A DNA stretch of 64,000 nucleotides from Bilabrum cf. latius (taxonomy: Eukaryota), in the NCBI GenBank assembly GCA_965178125.1, contig OZ237743.1:1302001-1366000 (forward strand), in the 5' to 3' direction. The notes under the pieces were generated by a model, which saw nothing but the letters and a program-made list of their open reading frames with translations, was not told where the DNA came from and searched no databases. Shown here piece after piece: positions 22,988 to 35,700 of this stretch. The position numbers and the translations under genes were made by a program. Every line of letters begins with the position of its first letter. Within the stretch, counting starts at the first letter, position 1.

Positions 22988-25900
22988 TCAGTACTCGATC
23001 CCGAATACTGTGGACTTGCGGTCCGTCGTAAACGCTCCAATCTGTATTTTACCAGCCTGCGATCGCCGCCCTGTCGGTACAAAGTCGGCAAACGCTCCTG
23101 GGGCTCCATCAGGCAGCTGGTAGCCATGCGCGCCTCCTCCTCCATCATCGTGCTGCGGCGCCGCCTGCGTCCAGAGCGTTGCCGTGGGGCACCAGGACAC
23201 CCTCTCGGCCCACGCGTCCCACTCGGGCGTGCCCCTCACGGCCAGCCCAGGGGGCACTGCCTCCCTGAGACCCCCCACCAGGGGGTGCGAGGGCCTCCTC
23301 ACGTCCCACACGAAGGCGCACGGGTCCGTGGAACCGCAGGTCACCAGCAAACCACCCGAGCTCCAGTGACCCGCGGAGGCCTGCACCAAGCTGCGGTGTA
23401 TTCGGCTCCGGGTCCAGTGCAGGTGCAGCACCGCCCCCGATGACGTGCGAGAGCCCCCCCCCACCCTGGTGTCCAGCACGCTCAGCCGCTGGGTCCACCG
23501 GGGAGTCACCGTGGCCAGAAGGAGGTCCGGATCCGTGGGATGCGCCTCGATGCACGACACCCGTGGCTGGCTCTCGGGGACCATGCCGCTGCTGCCACTG
23601 CTGCTGCCAGCACTGGAGCTGGAGGCGGCCCCTGCCCTTGTTCCCTGTGCTTGTGCCCCGCTGATACCCACTGCAAACTTGTTGAGCTGTCCCGGGTGGA
23701 TGCCGAACACGTAGGGCTGAGGGTTCTGCCCTTGTCTGTGAGATGCGGCCGGGGCGAGTGCAGAAGAGACGGGACCACTGGGGGCACGGTGCATGCGGGC
23801 AGTCCCCTTGTTCCCTGGCCTTTGCTCATCCGCGCCTTCCATCAGCAGAGCAGGTACCACGGCCAGACCAGACGTGTCGCTGCCTAGGATTGGGCCACGC
23901 CGGGCCTAATGCACGGCGCTGTGACGTGCGCCCTTGCTGCCTGCACCTGCATGCAGTGCACGTGCACCCGCACCTGCACTGCCTGCTAGTGACCCAGGCG
24001 GCGCCCCCGCCCACTCGTCCAGCCCCGGCCTAGACCTCCAAGAGGGCCAGGCCAGCGGCAGCATAAAGGTGGTCCGGTCCCGCTCCACGTCGTGCCCGCA
24101 CACCGTGCCGTCATCGGAGCACGACAGCACGATGCGCCCCCCTGCGTGCCCGCATAGGGCCCTGATCTCCGCCGAGTGTCCGCTCCTGAGGCTGTGCACG
24201 GCCACTGTCCCCGTGAGCGAGTCGGCTCCCTGCACGCAAAGGATGGGCTTGCCGCCGTGTGCTCGACCGGAGGAGGAGGAGGAGGAGGAGGAGGAGGACG
24301 AGGACGAGGGTCCACTCACTAGCAGCATGGGTCCGGAGGGCGGCTTCGATGATGACGAGTGAGATGCTGCATGGGATGCACCGCTCGTCCTCGCTCGCTT
24401 GGGGGAACGTCGTCTCGACCCACTGCCCCTGCTCCTTCTCCTGCCCCTGTCCCGCCCCGCCTTCTGACCCGCTGCACCTGCAGGGCCCCCGCCCTCACTG
24501 TCAGATCCGGAATCAGAAGTGTCCGAATCGGATCCATTAGCGCGGTGACCACCGGTTGCCGTCCCTCCCGCACCGCCCCCGGGTAGCAGCCACCCGGTCG
24601 CAGACACTCCCTGCAGCTGCGGGAAGCTGAACCCGCGGGAGCTGACCCGCTGGGATGCCACCGCCCCGGACCCGAGCAGAGCCATCGTGCTACCCGCAGA
24701 CCCATCAAAGACAGTACACCTGGCCCCGTCCGGCCCGCAGCTCACCTCTCTCTCCCTGAACGCGCCAGGCGGCGCCCCTGCCCGGCTGCCGTCCCCCACC
24801 GCTTTGGAGGGGGCGGGGCCAGCACCCGACAGGGAGTCAGCCGGCAGCAGCGCAACGAGCACCTGCGGCACGCGCACCACCCGCCTCGACGGGGAGGCAG
24901 ATCCGGACACGGCGTCGCTCGAGGTCCCCGCCTGCCGCCTGCCAGCACCTGCAGCCGAGCTCCCGCTCCGCCTGCGAGAGCCCGGCTGCAGCCCCATGGC
25001 GACTGCGATGCGCCTCCTCCATCTCTCGGGCGCCGCCCTGGCCCTGCCCCTCGTCTGCGGCAGCGGCTCGAAGCAGGTCAGCACGCAGGGTGGGGTGTCT
25101 TGCGGGAGGTGCGCCCGGGTGTGCAGCCGAGTCACGGCCCCGTGTTCCCTGGAGCCCTGCACTAGGGCCAGTGCTCCATCCCTGCAGGCCAGCAGCAGCC
25201 CCGAGGAGCCAAGCCTGGAGGTCCCCTTGACTGCCCTGTCCAGCACAGGCCTGCTCATGGAGCCAGCCACTCTGACGGAGCCGCACGAGCGGCTGCTGCC
25301 ACCTGCACTTCCACTTCCACCTGCACTACTGCTGCTGCTGCTGCTGCTGCTGCCTCGCTTGCTGCTGGAGGCGGTGCTGGGACCCGTGCCAGGATGAGCC
25401 GCGGTACCACTGCCAGCCGCGTGGGGTGATTGCGTGCTGTTGCTAGCTGATCTGTGGCCAGGAGGCGCCAAACTCGGTGCTGAAGAGCTGCTGGGCACTC
25501 CCATTGCCGCCGAGGGTCCGGATCCAGATCGGCTCAAGGGTCTGCTGCTACCGCTGCCAGTCACGGCGTCCGCTCGGGGCAACTGAGGAGGAACCGACGG
25601 ACAGGTGGTCGTGTCGGCCTGCTCATATTCGTTCACTTGTGAACCACTGGCATGGTGCACGGGCATGGACACGATACTAGACGACCCGGCCTGAGCTGGG
25701 GCTATGGCGGGTTGCTACTGTTCCTACCGATAACTACTGTGGCTAGATGCCCGGGCGGCTTCTGCGGTATCGCTTCTATGGGACACCTGGGCTGCAGCTT
25801 GTTCGCCTTGGCTGCTTGCGCTCTGTACCTGCACGGCAGCTGCAAACGCCAGCGAATTTGAAGCGCTGCGCAAGGCTGGCGGTGGCGTTGGCTTGAAGTG

Positions 25901-26110
25901 GATCTCTTGCTTGACCGGAACTTCCAGAGTTTCAAACTGCTCAGCGCTAGCACCTTCAGCCAGCGCTGTTTCCCTGAGCATTTCCTGCCTTAATTTTATC
26001 TCTTGCATTTGGAGATACTTCATCCTAGCCTGTCTGGCGCTCGCCCAGGCCTACCTAATGCTGGCTTCGTACTCAGCTAGCGCGGCATCAAACTAATGCT
26101 TTAGGCTCAT
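22988..26110 (-). CDS. WD40-repeat protein with long low-complexity insertions, ~1,040 aa; 5 in-frame TAG
   Basis: WD-like motifs GHSAEIRAL...SCSDDGTV and TCGSTDPCAFVWDVR. ORFs 26023, 25672 and 23860 are in one frame from ATG 26110 (TAG 26093, 26051, 25724, 25715, 23906). Ends TGA. Confidence 0.68.
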
Positions 26111-26235
26111 CCGGGATATATTTGAAAGGAAGTGGCTTGATTGAAATTTGAAATTTTGTGCTCTTCGGGTGCGATCCGGAGCCGCCAGCGTTCGCGGTGC
26201 GGTCCGTTTGGACAGCAGACGCGTGCAATCCAATC

Positions 26236-29124
26236 ATGGACTGTCTCGTGAGCGTAGAAAGATAGCGATGCACTGAGCCGCGAAAGTAGTAGGGATCTCC
26301 CATACTGAAGCGATACGGCAGGGCCCTGGTGTCATGCTTGCCAACTGACAAGGCAATTCGGATCGAGTGTGACTCTGGCAAAAAGCTTGCCATGCCGCTT
26401 GACGGAGGTGTTAGGATCCATCACATTGAGGATGAAGGAAAGCTCACAGTTGTCAACAAAGTGTTTGGTTTGCGCTTGTTTCTCTCGGGAATGGACCCCG
26501 AGGACGTCGTTAGACTGCGATCCACGCTCACGGCAAATCGACGCCGTCGCAAGACAAGCCGAAAAGATCCTGCGAGGGAGCACTGTGCAGCTAGACCAGT
26601 GTCAACAGGAGATACCCTCTACTCGAGTTCGTCAGCTCCTCCCGTTTCGAGCCGCTCCAGCGGCGCAGGACTATTCCAGGTATCCGCCAGCAACGCTACC
26701 TCATCCTCAATCACCTCGACTGCCACTGGCAACTCGCGGCAGAGGGGAGCTCGAGACACCCTGGCGCTCGGCCCATCCCCCGATTCTCTCGCCAGGCGAG
26801 CAGTACCCCGGGACTCGGCACGGGGCACCGTGGTGCGGCGGGCGAGGGGCAGCGGGCGAAGCTCTACCGCTGCCGGTGGTGGTGCCAGGCGGGCCAGGGC
26901 TGGGGCAAGCACTGCAGCGGCCGTGAACAGTATCGATGCAGGGGCCGTAGATTTTGGATTCAAGGTTCGGAGCGGGGCAGTGCGGGTGATTCGCGAGACC
27001 GGTGCAGCAGGGCACCAGTCGTCCAGGGCTGCTGGCGCTGTGGCACAGCCATCGGCCGGGACTGGGGCTGCGGCTGGCATTGTGGACGGCAGGGGCACGA
27101 AATGCGACGGTTGGGTTGAAACGGAGGAGCAGGCTCGTGTGACGAGCGCGGTGAAGAATGGTCGGTCGGTGCTCTTCACCGGCGCGGCTGGCTGCGGCAA
27201 GAGTGCTCTGCTGCGGCGGGTGGTTGGCATGCTGCCGAGGGGTGGCACGGCCGTGACTGCTTCCACAGGGGTAGCTGCTTGCAATGTCGGTGGATAGACG
27301 CTGTATGCGTTCATGTCGGTGGGGGCGGGGGCTGTGGAGGAGGGGGCGGAGGCGGCGGCAGCACTGGTGATGAGGAAGCGGGAAGCGGTGGAGCGGTGGA
27401 GGCGCACCAAGACCTTGGTGGTGGACGAGGTCAGCATGGTGGATGGCAGGCTCTTCGACTTTGCAGAGGAACTGGCCAGGAGGGTGAGGGGCATCGACAG
27501 GCCCTTCGGAGGGATGCAGCTGGTGCTGTGCGGGGATTTCTTCCAGCTGCCTCCTGTGGCGAAGCGCGGGCAATCGCGTGGGTTCGCCTTCGAGGCCAAG
27601 AGCTGGGCCCGGTGCATCCAGGATGTGGTGGAGCTGACTAAGGTGTTTCGGCAGAGCGACGGGGAGTTCATCCGGGCCCTGCATGAGATCCGGTGGGGTA
27701 GGGTGCCTCCGCAGGTGCAGGGCATGCTAGCGGCCAGACAGGGCGCGCCCATCGTGGCAGCCCCAGGTGTCAGGCCGATCCGGTTGTTCACGCACAGAGC
27801 TGACGTAGACGGCGTGAATGCGGATCAGCTCGCGAAGTTGCCGGGGCGCGCCATCGAGTTCCGTGCCGTGGACATGGTGGCACGTAAAGGGGCCGCGCAG
27901 CTGCTGGACAAGGCCTGTCCCGCCCCCCGCTCTCTGCACCTCAAGCCCGGGGCCCAGGTGATCCTAAGGAGAAACCTGGACCAGGAAGAGGGACTCGTCA
28001 ACGGGGCGCAGGGAGTAGTGGTGCGATTCACAGGGGCAGCCAAGCTGCCCGTCGTGCGCTTCTCCGTCCCGAAAGGAGCCAAAGAGGTGACGGTGCACCG
28101 GCAGACGTTTGACGTGGCCATGGACGGTAGACTGGCCGCGTCCAGGAAGCAGCTGCCTCTGGCCCTTGCCTTCGCCCTATCCGTGCACAGGTCACAGGGC
28201 ATGACACTGCACGCAGTGAGCATGAGCCTGTCTAGCAGCTTCGAGTACGGCCAGGTCTACGTCGCTTTGAGCCGCGCCTCGTCTCTGACGGCGCTCTCGC
28301 TGGAGGACAGCTTCAACCCGAGCGCGGTGAGGGCGCACCCCACCGTCGTGAGGTTCTATCAGGACATGGCGAGGAAAACGCAAGGGACGAAGACGGAGCA
28401 GGCCTCTGGTAACAGTATTGGGGCCAGCAAGAAGTGCGACCCATTGGGTTCGAGTGGAAGCATTTCAGTTCCTGCTGCGGTCAAGGAGGTATCGCGAGGG
28501 TCTGCCCTAGCTGTGTCATTGTCGGCATCCAGCGCAGCAGGCGATTCGGAGGCAAGTGGTGCGAGCAAGCACAGACCAAAACAAGTCCAGCAACCAGCCG
28601 GTCGAAAGCAAGCGCCGTAGTCAAGAGCAATCGGCGGCAAGGCGAAGCGAAGGGTCGCCCTGGGCTCGCCCTCCAAGCCAGGGGCAGCAGGAGCCTTGCC
28701 GTCCACAGGGGCAGCCCCAGCCTCTGGGGCCGGTGCGGCACAGAGCCCGCCCCCCTCTGCCCTCCGAGCGCGGAAGCAGCTGCGGCCTGCTGGGACTACG
28801 CCTGACGGTTGCAAGGGGCCTGCAATCAGGCAGAGCACACCGCGCAGGAGGCTGTGCTTCGTCGAGGAAGACGAAAGAAAACAGCATGATGGGGGGTCGC
28901 ACGGGACAGAGGGTCTGTGTGCGGCCTCCACCATCCAGCAGCAGCAACCGGGGCCCCACCCGGCTGCAGCTGCATCTGGCTCGGGGGAGCGAGCCACGAC
29001 TCGCGTGTCGCTGGGCGGTTCAGGCAAGGGTGGGGGGCCTGGAGAGAGCAATGCACAGGCAGCAGTCGCAGTCCCCGCCGAGGGTAGTGGCCAGGTCAGG
29101 CGTGTGCTCACCTTTGGCGTGTAA
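26236..29124 (+). CDS. PIF1: PIF1-family 5'-3' DNA helicase, ~960 aa; 5 in-frame TAG (26263, 26287, 26290, 27295, 28618)
   Basis: Walker A FTGAAGCGKS, motif Ia TASTGVAACNVGG[TAG]TLYAF, DEVSM, GDFFQLPPV, SVHRSQGMTL and YVALSRA. The N-terminal segment resembles the PIF1 N-terminal domain. Ends TAA. Confidence 0.92.
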
Positions 29125-29194
29125 ACATAGACTCTGATGAGCCAGGAATCCGTCGATTGCATCAGTATAAGGCCCATGGGCCCATCATTCCAAG

Positions 29195-32100
29195 TTATTT
29201 CCCCTTCTTGCTCCCCTTGGCAGCCCCTCCCTTCCCCTTGCCCTTGCTAGAGTCCACCTCCGGTACCTGTTCCCCCGCATGCTTGTGCAGACTCAAATCC
29301 ACGGTCTGTGCAGCATCGATGATTGCACGGGCCACCTCTGCCATGGCATCCCAGTCGAACATGGTCGGGCTCTCGCCCAGGTACTCGACCAAAGACCCAA
29401 TTGACTCGGTCAGCTCCTTGTACTGCGTCTAGATTGCATCCAGCGTGTCCTGCGCGTCCTCCACCACCTCCCCTAGCACGTCAGCCAGCTCGTCCTTGGC
29501 ATCCGTCAGGAAGTGCTGCACCGGCTGCTCCCGGGCCGCGTCCAGCTCCGTGTCTAGGAACCCCCTGGCCTTGTCAAGACCCTGCACCATCTCGCGCAGC
29601 TGAGGCAGCGCCACGGGCTGCTCGGTGAAGCCCTCCATCACGTCCTGCAGCCGCTCCAGCATGCGCTTCGGAGATCTCTCCTCAACATCTGGAGCCGTGC
29701 GGGCGTACTCGACTGCTGCCTCTCCGATGACCACCTGCAACAGCGTCTGCGAGCCCGTGGTGGCCTTGGTGCCGTACATCTTGGCGAGGCTGCTGTACTT
29801 GAACCCCCACGCACCGCCCTTACTCGAGCCCCCGTTCATGAAATTACCGATTCCAAGAGCCGTCCGCAGGAGCACTTTGACCGGCAGTGACTCCTTCATG
29901 TCCCGCACCGCCTTCCGGATGGATGCGATGGACTCGCCCACCGTGTCCACGTCCTGCTCCAGCCGATCCATGATACGGACACACTGAAGCCGCTCACCCA
30001 GCCTAGGAAAGCACCCGAGGCAGTAGATGAACCAGTCCGCAGGAGGAAGCCGCTTGGCCGGGTCCCCGCCACCTTTCTCCACCGACGTCACGTTGTTTTG
30101 CAGCTTGGGCATCTCTTCCTCGTCCGCTTGCGGCAGCATGATCGAAAGCGCCTTGCACATGTCCTCGTCCAGCAGATCCTCGTCCACCTGCAGGGCAGCT
30201 TCCACAGCGGTCTTGGGCTTCATCTTCAGCTTGGCCAGCAGGATACCAGTGTTCTGGTTGCGCTTGAACGACAGGATAGAGGGCAGCGGCTTTCCCGAGT
30301 CCGCCTTCCCCTTGCCCTTGCCGCCTTTGGCTCCTGGGTCCGCTTGCACCGCTTTCTTAACCTTGGCTTTGCTCTTCTTCTGCGCAAAGAGCCGCATCAT
30401 CAGCTGCGAATTCACCTCGTATCCCTAGTCTGACACGCCCTGCCACACGCAATCACGCCCGTCCGCGTTGATGTACCGATGCGCCAGCTTGTCCCAAAAC
30501 AGGCTGCGCATGGGCACCGGGGGCTTAGGGTTGGGCTTTTGCGGCTCCTTGGAAACGGCACCCCCGGGCCCCCCACGAGCGGGCCGCCCACCACCGCGGG
30601 CAGGTCGGCCTCGTGCTGGCCTGCCACCAGCGGCACGAGGTCCGGCGCGAGGCCCCGCCCGAGCTCCCCCGGGCCCTGGGCGCGCGCCCCCGGGTCCTGG
30701 TCTGCCTGGGCCTGCCCTAGCTGTACCGGGGCGACCCGGACCTGGCCTACCTGGCCCCGGCCTGCCTGGCCCCGGCCGGCCTGGGCCGGGTCGGGATGCA
30801 CCAGGCCCAGGCCGAGATGCACCAGGCCCAGGCCGAGTTGCACCAGGCCCAGGCCGAGATGCACCAGGCCCTGGCCGAGATGCACCAGGCCCCGGTCGAG
30901 ATGCACCAGGCCCCGGCCGAGATGCACCAGGCCTACCTGGCCTACCTGGCCTACCTGGCCTACCTGGTCTGCCTGGTCTGCCTGGCCGTCCCGGTGCACC
31001 GGTTGCTGGAGCGGGAGCTGGAGCAGGTGCTGGGGCGGGCGCTGGAACGGGTGCGGGAGCGGGTGCAGGTGCAGGTGCAGGTGTAGGCACAGGCGCAGGG
31101 GCTGGCTCTGCGGCCGGTGAAGATGCTGATTTTGCCGCATCACCACTTGCTTGTACCGGCTCAGCCGGCGTCGGAGTAGGTGCCGCAATCGGTGCAGGTG
31201 CTGCAGCAGAGTCGCCTGCACCTGTCGCCGGTGTGCCATCTGCCGACGCCGTCGACTGCGAAGGGGGCCTCGGTTTGACGCCTGGCCTGGCCGACCTGCC
31301 TCCATTCTCAAGGGCCAGCACCTCCTTCAATTGTTCCTTCGCCTTCTCCGCGTCTTCACCGCCCTCCGCAATCCTCTCCTCCAGCGCGGTCCTAAGCTTC
31401 TGCCTCCCCGTTCTGAGCTTGCGCTGCAGCCGCTTCACCTCCCGCATGAGCCTGTCCACCGATGGCGTATTGCCCTCTGCACCCTCTTTCTGCGCCTCTT
31501 GGCTGACCCCGTCCAGAGCCTCGATGCTGGCGCCCTGTGCGAAGGAGCTGAGGCTGCTGGTGTGCTGGGCGGCGCGCCCCTCCCCCCTGTGCACAGACCG
31601 CTGAAACGCGTGCAGGAAGGAGCCGCGGCGGGCGTGCCTGGAGTGTCGCCGCGTGGGAGGCCCATCGTCGTCTCCTCCTCTCGCTTCTGCTCCCGCCGCC
31701 CCCTCCCCTTTCTCCCTGGACCTCCAGTCCTCCCCCGTCTCCCGGACCCTCTCCCTGTCCTCCTTGGAGAGACCGTCCAGCATGCGGGCGGGATTCGACA
31801 TGCCCTGCACGCCCATGCCGCCCATGGAACCCCCGTGTGCTTCTCCACGAGCTCGTTTGACGGCCTGTTTGATGGTGCGCACCCACTCGCGGCACCTGGC
31901 CTCGTCCTGGAACCGGTCGTCCGAGGGTGCCGTCGAGAAGTAGTACTGCCGGCCGTACGCGTGCTGCGGACATCGAGAACAAGCAGGTTCGGGAAGTTGC
32001 ATCGGAAATTAACATGATATTAAAATGTATTCGGTGCGGGCGCCATGTCGGATTCTACATCCCTCACCACCACGAAAGAAACACCGGGCTGGTCCTCAAC

Positions 32101-32340
32101 ATCAGCTTCCGCCGCATCATCAACTTTGGACAGCTCTATCGACCGCATCGTGGAATCAGCCCGGTGCGCCTACTCTTCATCACGATAGTACGCCATATGC
32201 GACTTTGTTAGCACTATGAATCGCTTTTGCCATAGATTGTGTCCTGTGGCGCTCTTTACCATCGAGGTCAGCCAACGCAGCGAAGACCCACCCTTGTCCT
32301 TGTCAGTGGTTTGCGGCTATCGTTTGAACAAAATGCCCTG
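29195..32340 (-). CDS. Formin (FH2) with an N-terminal PH domain; intron 32067-31964; in-frame TAG at 32317, 32170, 30425, 29429; 5' end unresolved
   Basis: FH2 motifs MRSLFWDKL, LGIGNFMNGGSSKGGAWGFK..SLAKM and EYLGE. PH motifs GILFKR...WQKRFIVL...AYY...YYF...EWVRTI. Ends TAA. Confidence 0.85.
30720..31000 (-). repeat. Coding tandem repeats (21-nt GPGASRP units and 9-nt GRP units) in the formin FH1-equivalent region
   Basis: Visible repeats of gcaccaggcccaggccgagat and cctacctgg/cctggtctg. Confidence 0.85.
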
Positions 32341-32748
32341 CGAACTTAGGCACGTGGCGCGAACATGCTGGCAAAACGCTTTCTCATGAGCGAGCTTCGA
32401 ACTATACATGTTCAGCAAGATCTGTTTTTTGGGACGAACAAAGGGGTCATCCAGAACAAGCCAGCCATGCGTACCCTACGATGTCTATGCTTTGATAAAT
32501 ATGATCAGGTGGAAGGCTATGAACCTCCAGTGTGCGGGTGTGGCTCACCTGCATTAAGATCCCGATTTCATCTTCACCGGCACCAGATGCCGCACTCTCC
32601 ATGCTAAATGGGCGCCAACAATGGCAAGATATTCGACCAAACTATCGCCTTGATAAGGTTCTAAACTGCTTCGCAGCTAAATTGCAAGCAGGTTAATGGA
32701 CAGACCTTCCGCGGGTCTCACCTAGTCGTCACAGCTGCCAGGCCGCCA

Positions 32749-35700
32749 TTACGGCTAGCCGAACAGTGCTGCTTCGGCTGCGGCGGCTACATGTGCAGCC
32801 AGACCGCCATCACTGGACATCTTGCCCGCCCCCACCCTGCACGCCCCCAGCGAAGCATCCACCCCGCCAGTCCCCACCACCACCTGCATCCCCAGCAGGG
32901 CCTCTTCACCAGCCCGCAGCCAGCCTCCCGAGTTGCCGCTGTGCCTGGACGCCCTCCCCAGCCATATGCTAGCCATCTTCTAGAGCTCCTCTTGCTGTTC
33001 CCACGCCAGCTGCACCCTCAGGACGCCCCTCCGCGCGGCCTCCTGCGCCTCTCCAGCGGTCAGGGACAGCCCCCAGCGGCCCCGCAGCGGCAGGCATCCC
33101 GCAGCACCTGCAGCGGAAAACAGCGTGGGTCCATCGCCCGGTCCTCCCGGCTCCAGCTCTGTCTCGGGCTGCTGACCCCGCAGCACCCACGGGCGCGGGG
33201 GCCTCACCGGGGCAGAGCCGCACAGGGCCATGGGCGGCATGCAAGCAGCAGCCAGCTCCAGCCATGAGGTGAGGGCGGCATGCAGGCCTGTGCTGTCGTG
33301 CACTGCATGTACTTTATGCCCAACATCAATTCCCGCGAGTCCGGCCGCCACCACGACCTCATCCGTTGCAGTGGGGGTCCCTGCCAGGCTGCGCACTACG
33401 GCTCCCAGTCGCTCCTGCCAACGCACCTCGGACCGAGCCACGGGGCGGCCCTGCGGCCCCGCAGCGGCACGAGCGATCCGGAGCGGAATGTTCGCCTCGA
33501 GCACCACCTTGCCCACTGCAGTGTGCCCGGTGATCCCCGGTTGACCCCCATCCGCCTGCTGGTCCTGGTCCCGGATCCCGGCCAACCGCTCTCGCACGCG
33601 GACTGTGACCCCCCCGCTGCTGCTGCTGCTGCCATCCATTAAAGCGTCGGTGTCGATCCCATCATCGCCTGGGACCCCCTACATCTCGCTGTACCCGCTG
33701 CCTCGGTGCACGCTCTCCATGATCCCCACCAGCGGCCGCACCGCGACCTCGAGCCAGCCCGCCCTCACATGCCGCAGCAAGATCGACCCCCACGCGTGCA
33801 CCCCGCAGTGGCCCCGCACTGCAGCCCGCGCAGCCTCCGCGATACCCTCACGGGAGGCAAGGGCACCACCGGGGGACTGGGCCCAAACATCGTGCACGAG
33901 ACGACGGGCAGCCGCAGCCAGCTGGTCGGGTGACCTAACCACCACAGCGGCCGGAATGCCGAGTCGGGCCCCTGGCTGCCCAGCCACCCATCGAGCGATG
34001 GCCAGAGCGAACCGGCCAGGGAGCGCCTCGCTGGGGACCAGGACTAGGGGTGTCCCCGCCAACACGGATTCCAGCGCTCCAGTGGCAGATCCAAAGGGCC
34101 ATGAGTCGAGGAACGCATCAGAGGCCGCCAGCAATCGAAGGAAGGAAGGGCGGCTTCGCTGCCTCAGGATGCGCACCCTGTCGCACACAGCCACGAAGAG
34201 GTCCACAACAGCTTCCGGCCTACTTACTACCCGCAAGGAACCTATGGTAACGGCCAGCCTGTGGGAAAGACGCGCGGCAAATGCAGCCGTTTCTACCGCA
34301 TGCTCCCCCTCTAGCAGCCTTAGGTCCACCCGAGTTTGGTTGGCGCCTTCTTCTTCCAGCAGCAACTGCGCTAGCACGCCATCAAAGCTGGGCCGTAGCT
34401 TCGCAAGGGTCACCGGACACACCAAGATGCCATGCTGCGGTATCACCTCAGCACCGGACAGTCTGTCCCTGCATCTGCGAGCAGATGCCTTACTAGCCTC
34501 TGCAGAGCACGAGTCTCGTGCCAGCCGCTCACTCAGTCGTGCCGCGATGGCGCGGGCAATGGGCCTCGGGCTCGCTCTTGGGATGCGCATGTCTTGGTGG
34601 CTGCCCGCGAGCGCGAGTGCCACGGACAGCACGGTGGGTCGCCCCTCTATGCCCCCCAGCATGCCCTCCAACCGAGCTGCCTCCTGGTCTGGAAGACTAC
34701 CACCACTGCCATCTGCCTTTCGTGTCCCGTTTACCTTCTGTGCCTGCGCCGCAACGTGAGACCTGTAGCTCACGGCCTCTGCATCTGCGCCCAGCCGGAG
34801 TGGGTCAAAGGCAGGCGCGAGCAGGGCACTTGCAGCAGCTTCCAGCAAGCTCACGCCATCGCACTGAATCGATGCACGTTGGTCCCACGCACCTGAATGT
34901 GGTTGTTTGCGCAGACCACTGCCGGGTACGCCTGCTGCCGCGTGAGACGCCTGTTCCTACAACAGCATGGCCGGGATGCAGCCAGATCCTACGCTCAAGG
35001 GTTTTGGCTCTTGGCCCGGCCACACCGGCCCTGCATTCTGCGGGGCCAGGACGGCTGGGCCGATCTCTGCTGCATCGAAGGCGGAGTGCCCGCACTCGTC
35101 ATCAATCTGCACCTCCTGCTCACACGCACCGGGAAACAGGGGTTCCACGTGCGTCCGCGGTGAGCTGGCAGCACCCAGCGTCACGAAGCCGTCAACAGAC
35201 CCACCCATGCACGGAGGCAGGCTGTGCCCGTGCGTGGTCAGCTGCAATGGTGCCCACCGCCCCAGTGCTAGTGCCGCAGTGGCAGGGTGCATGCCCAGCT
35301 CAGGAAACAGCACTGCGTCGCAGGCAAGCTCGCGAAGCAGGGCGGCTGCCTACGGCCACGGCTCGCTGCGGTTGCTCTGCTGTGCCCCGGTGCCAGAGTC
35401 GGGCACTCGGTGCACCCGAGTGCCCAGCTGCTGCTCCCATGCGCCCGCCGTGGCGTCCACCGGCCCAGCAGGCGCGATCACGTGCGTTTCAAAGAGCTCC
35501 TCAGACAGTCCCAGTATCACCCTGGAGACAATCTTGGTGGCGCTGTGCTCGAAGGGGACCCGAGTGACCCAGCACACCCGAATGCGGCGGGACAAGGCAG
35601 CTGGACTCCGCTGTTGTGCGCCCGATCGGGTTTTCTTTGGCGCCATAGATCGTAGAACAATCGCTTGGGCCCTGGCTAGGGTGGTGCTCAGCTGCGATTG

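Noticed and set aside
30720-31000. CRISPR-like array
   Set aside because: These are contiguous coding tandem repeats with no unique spacers and no cas genes, in a eukaryotic context.
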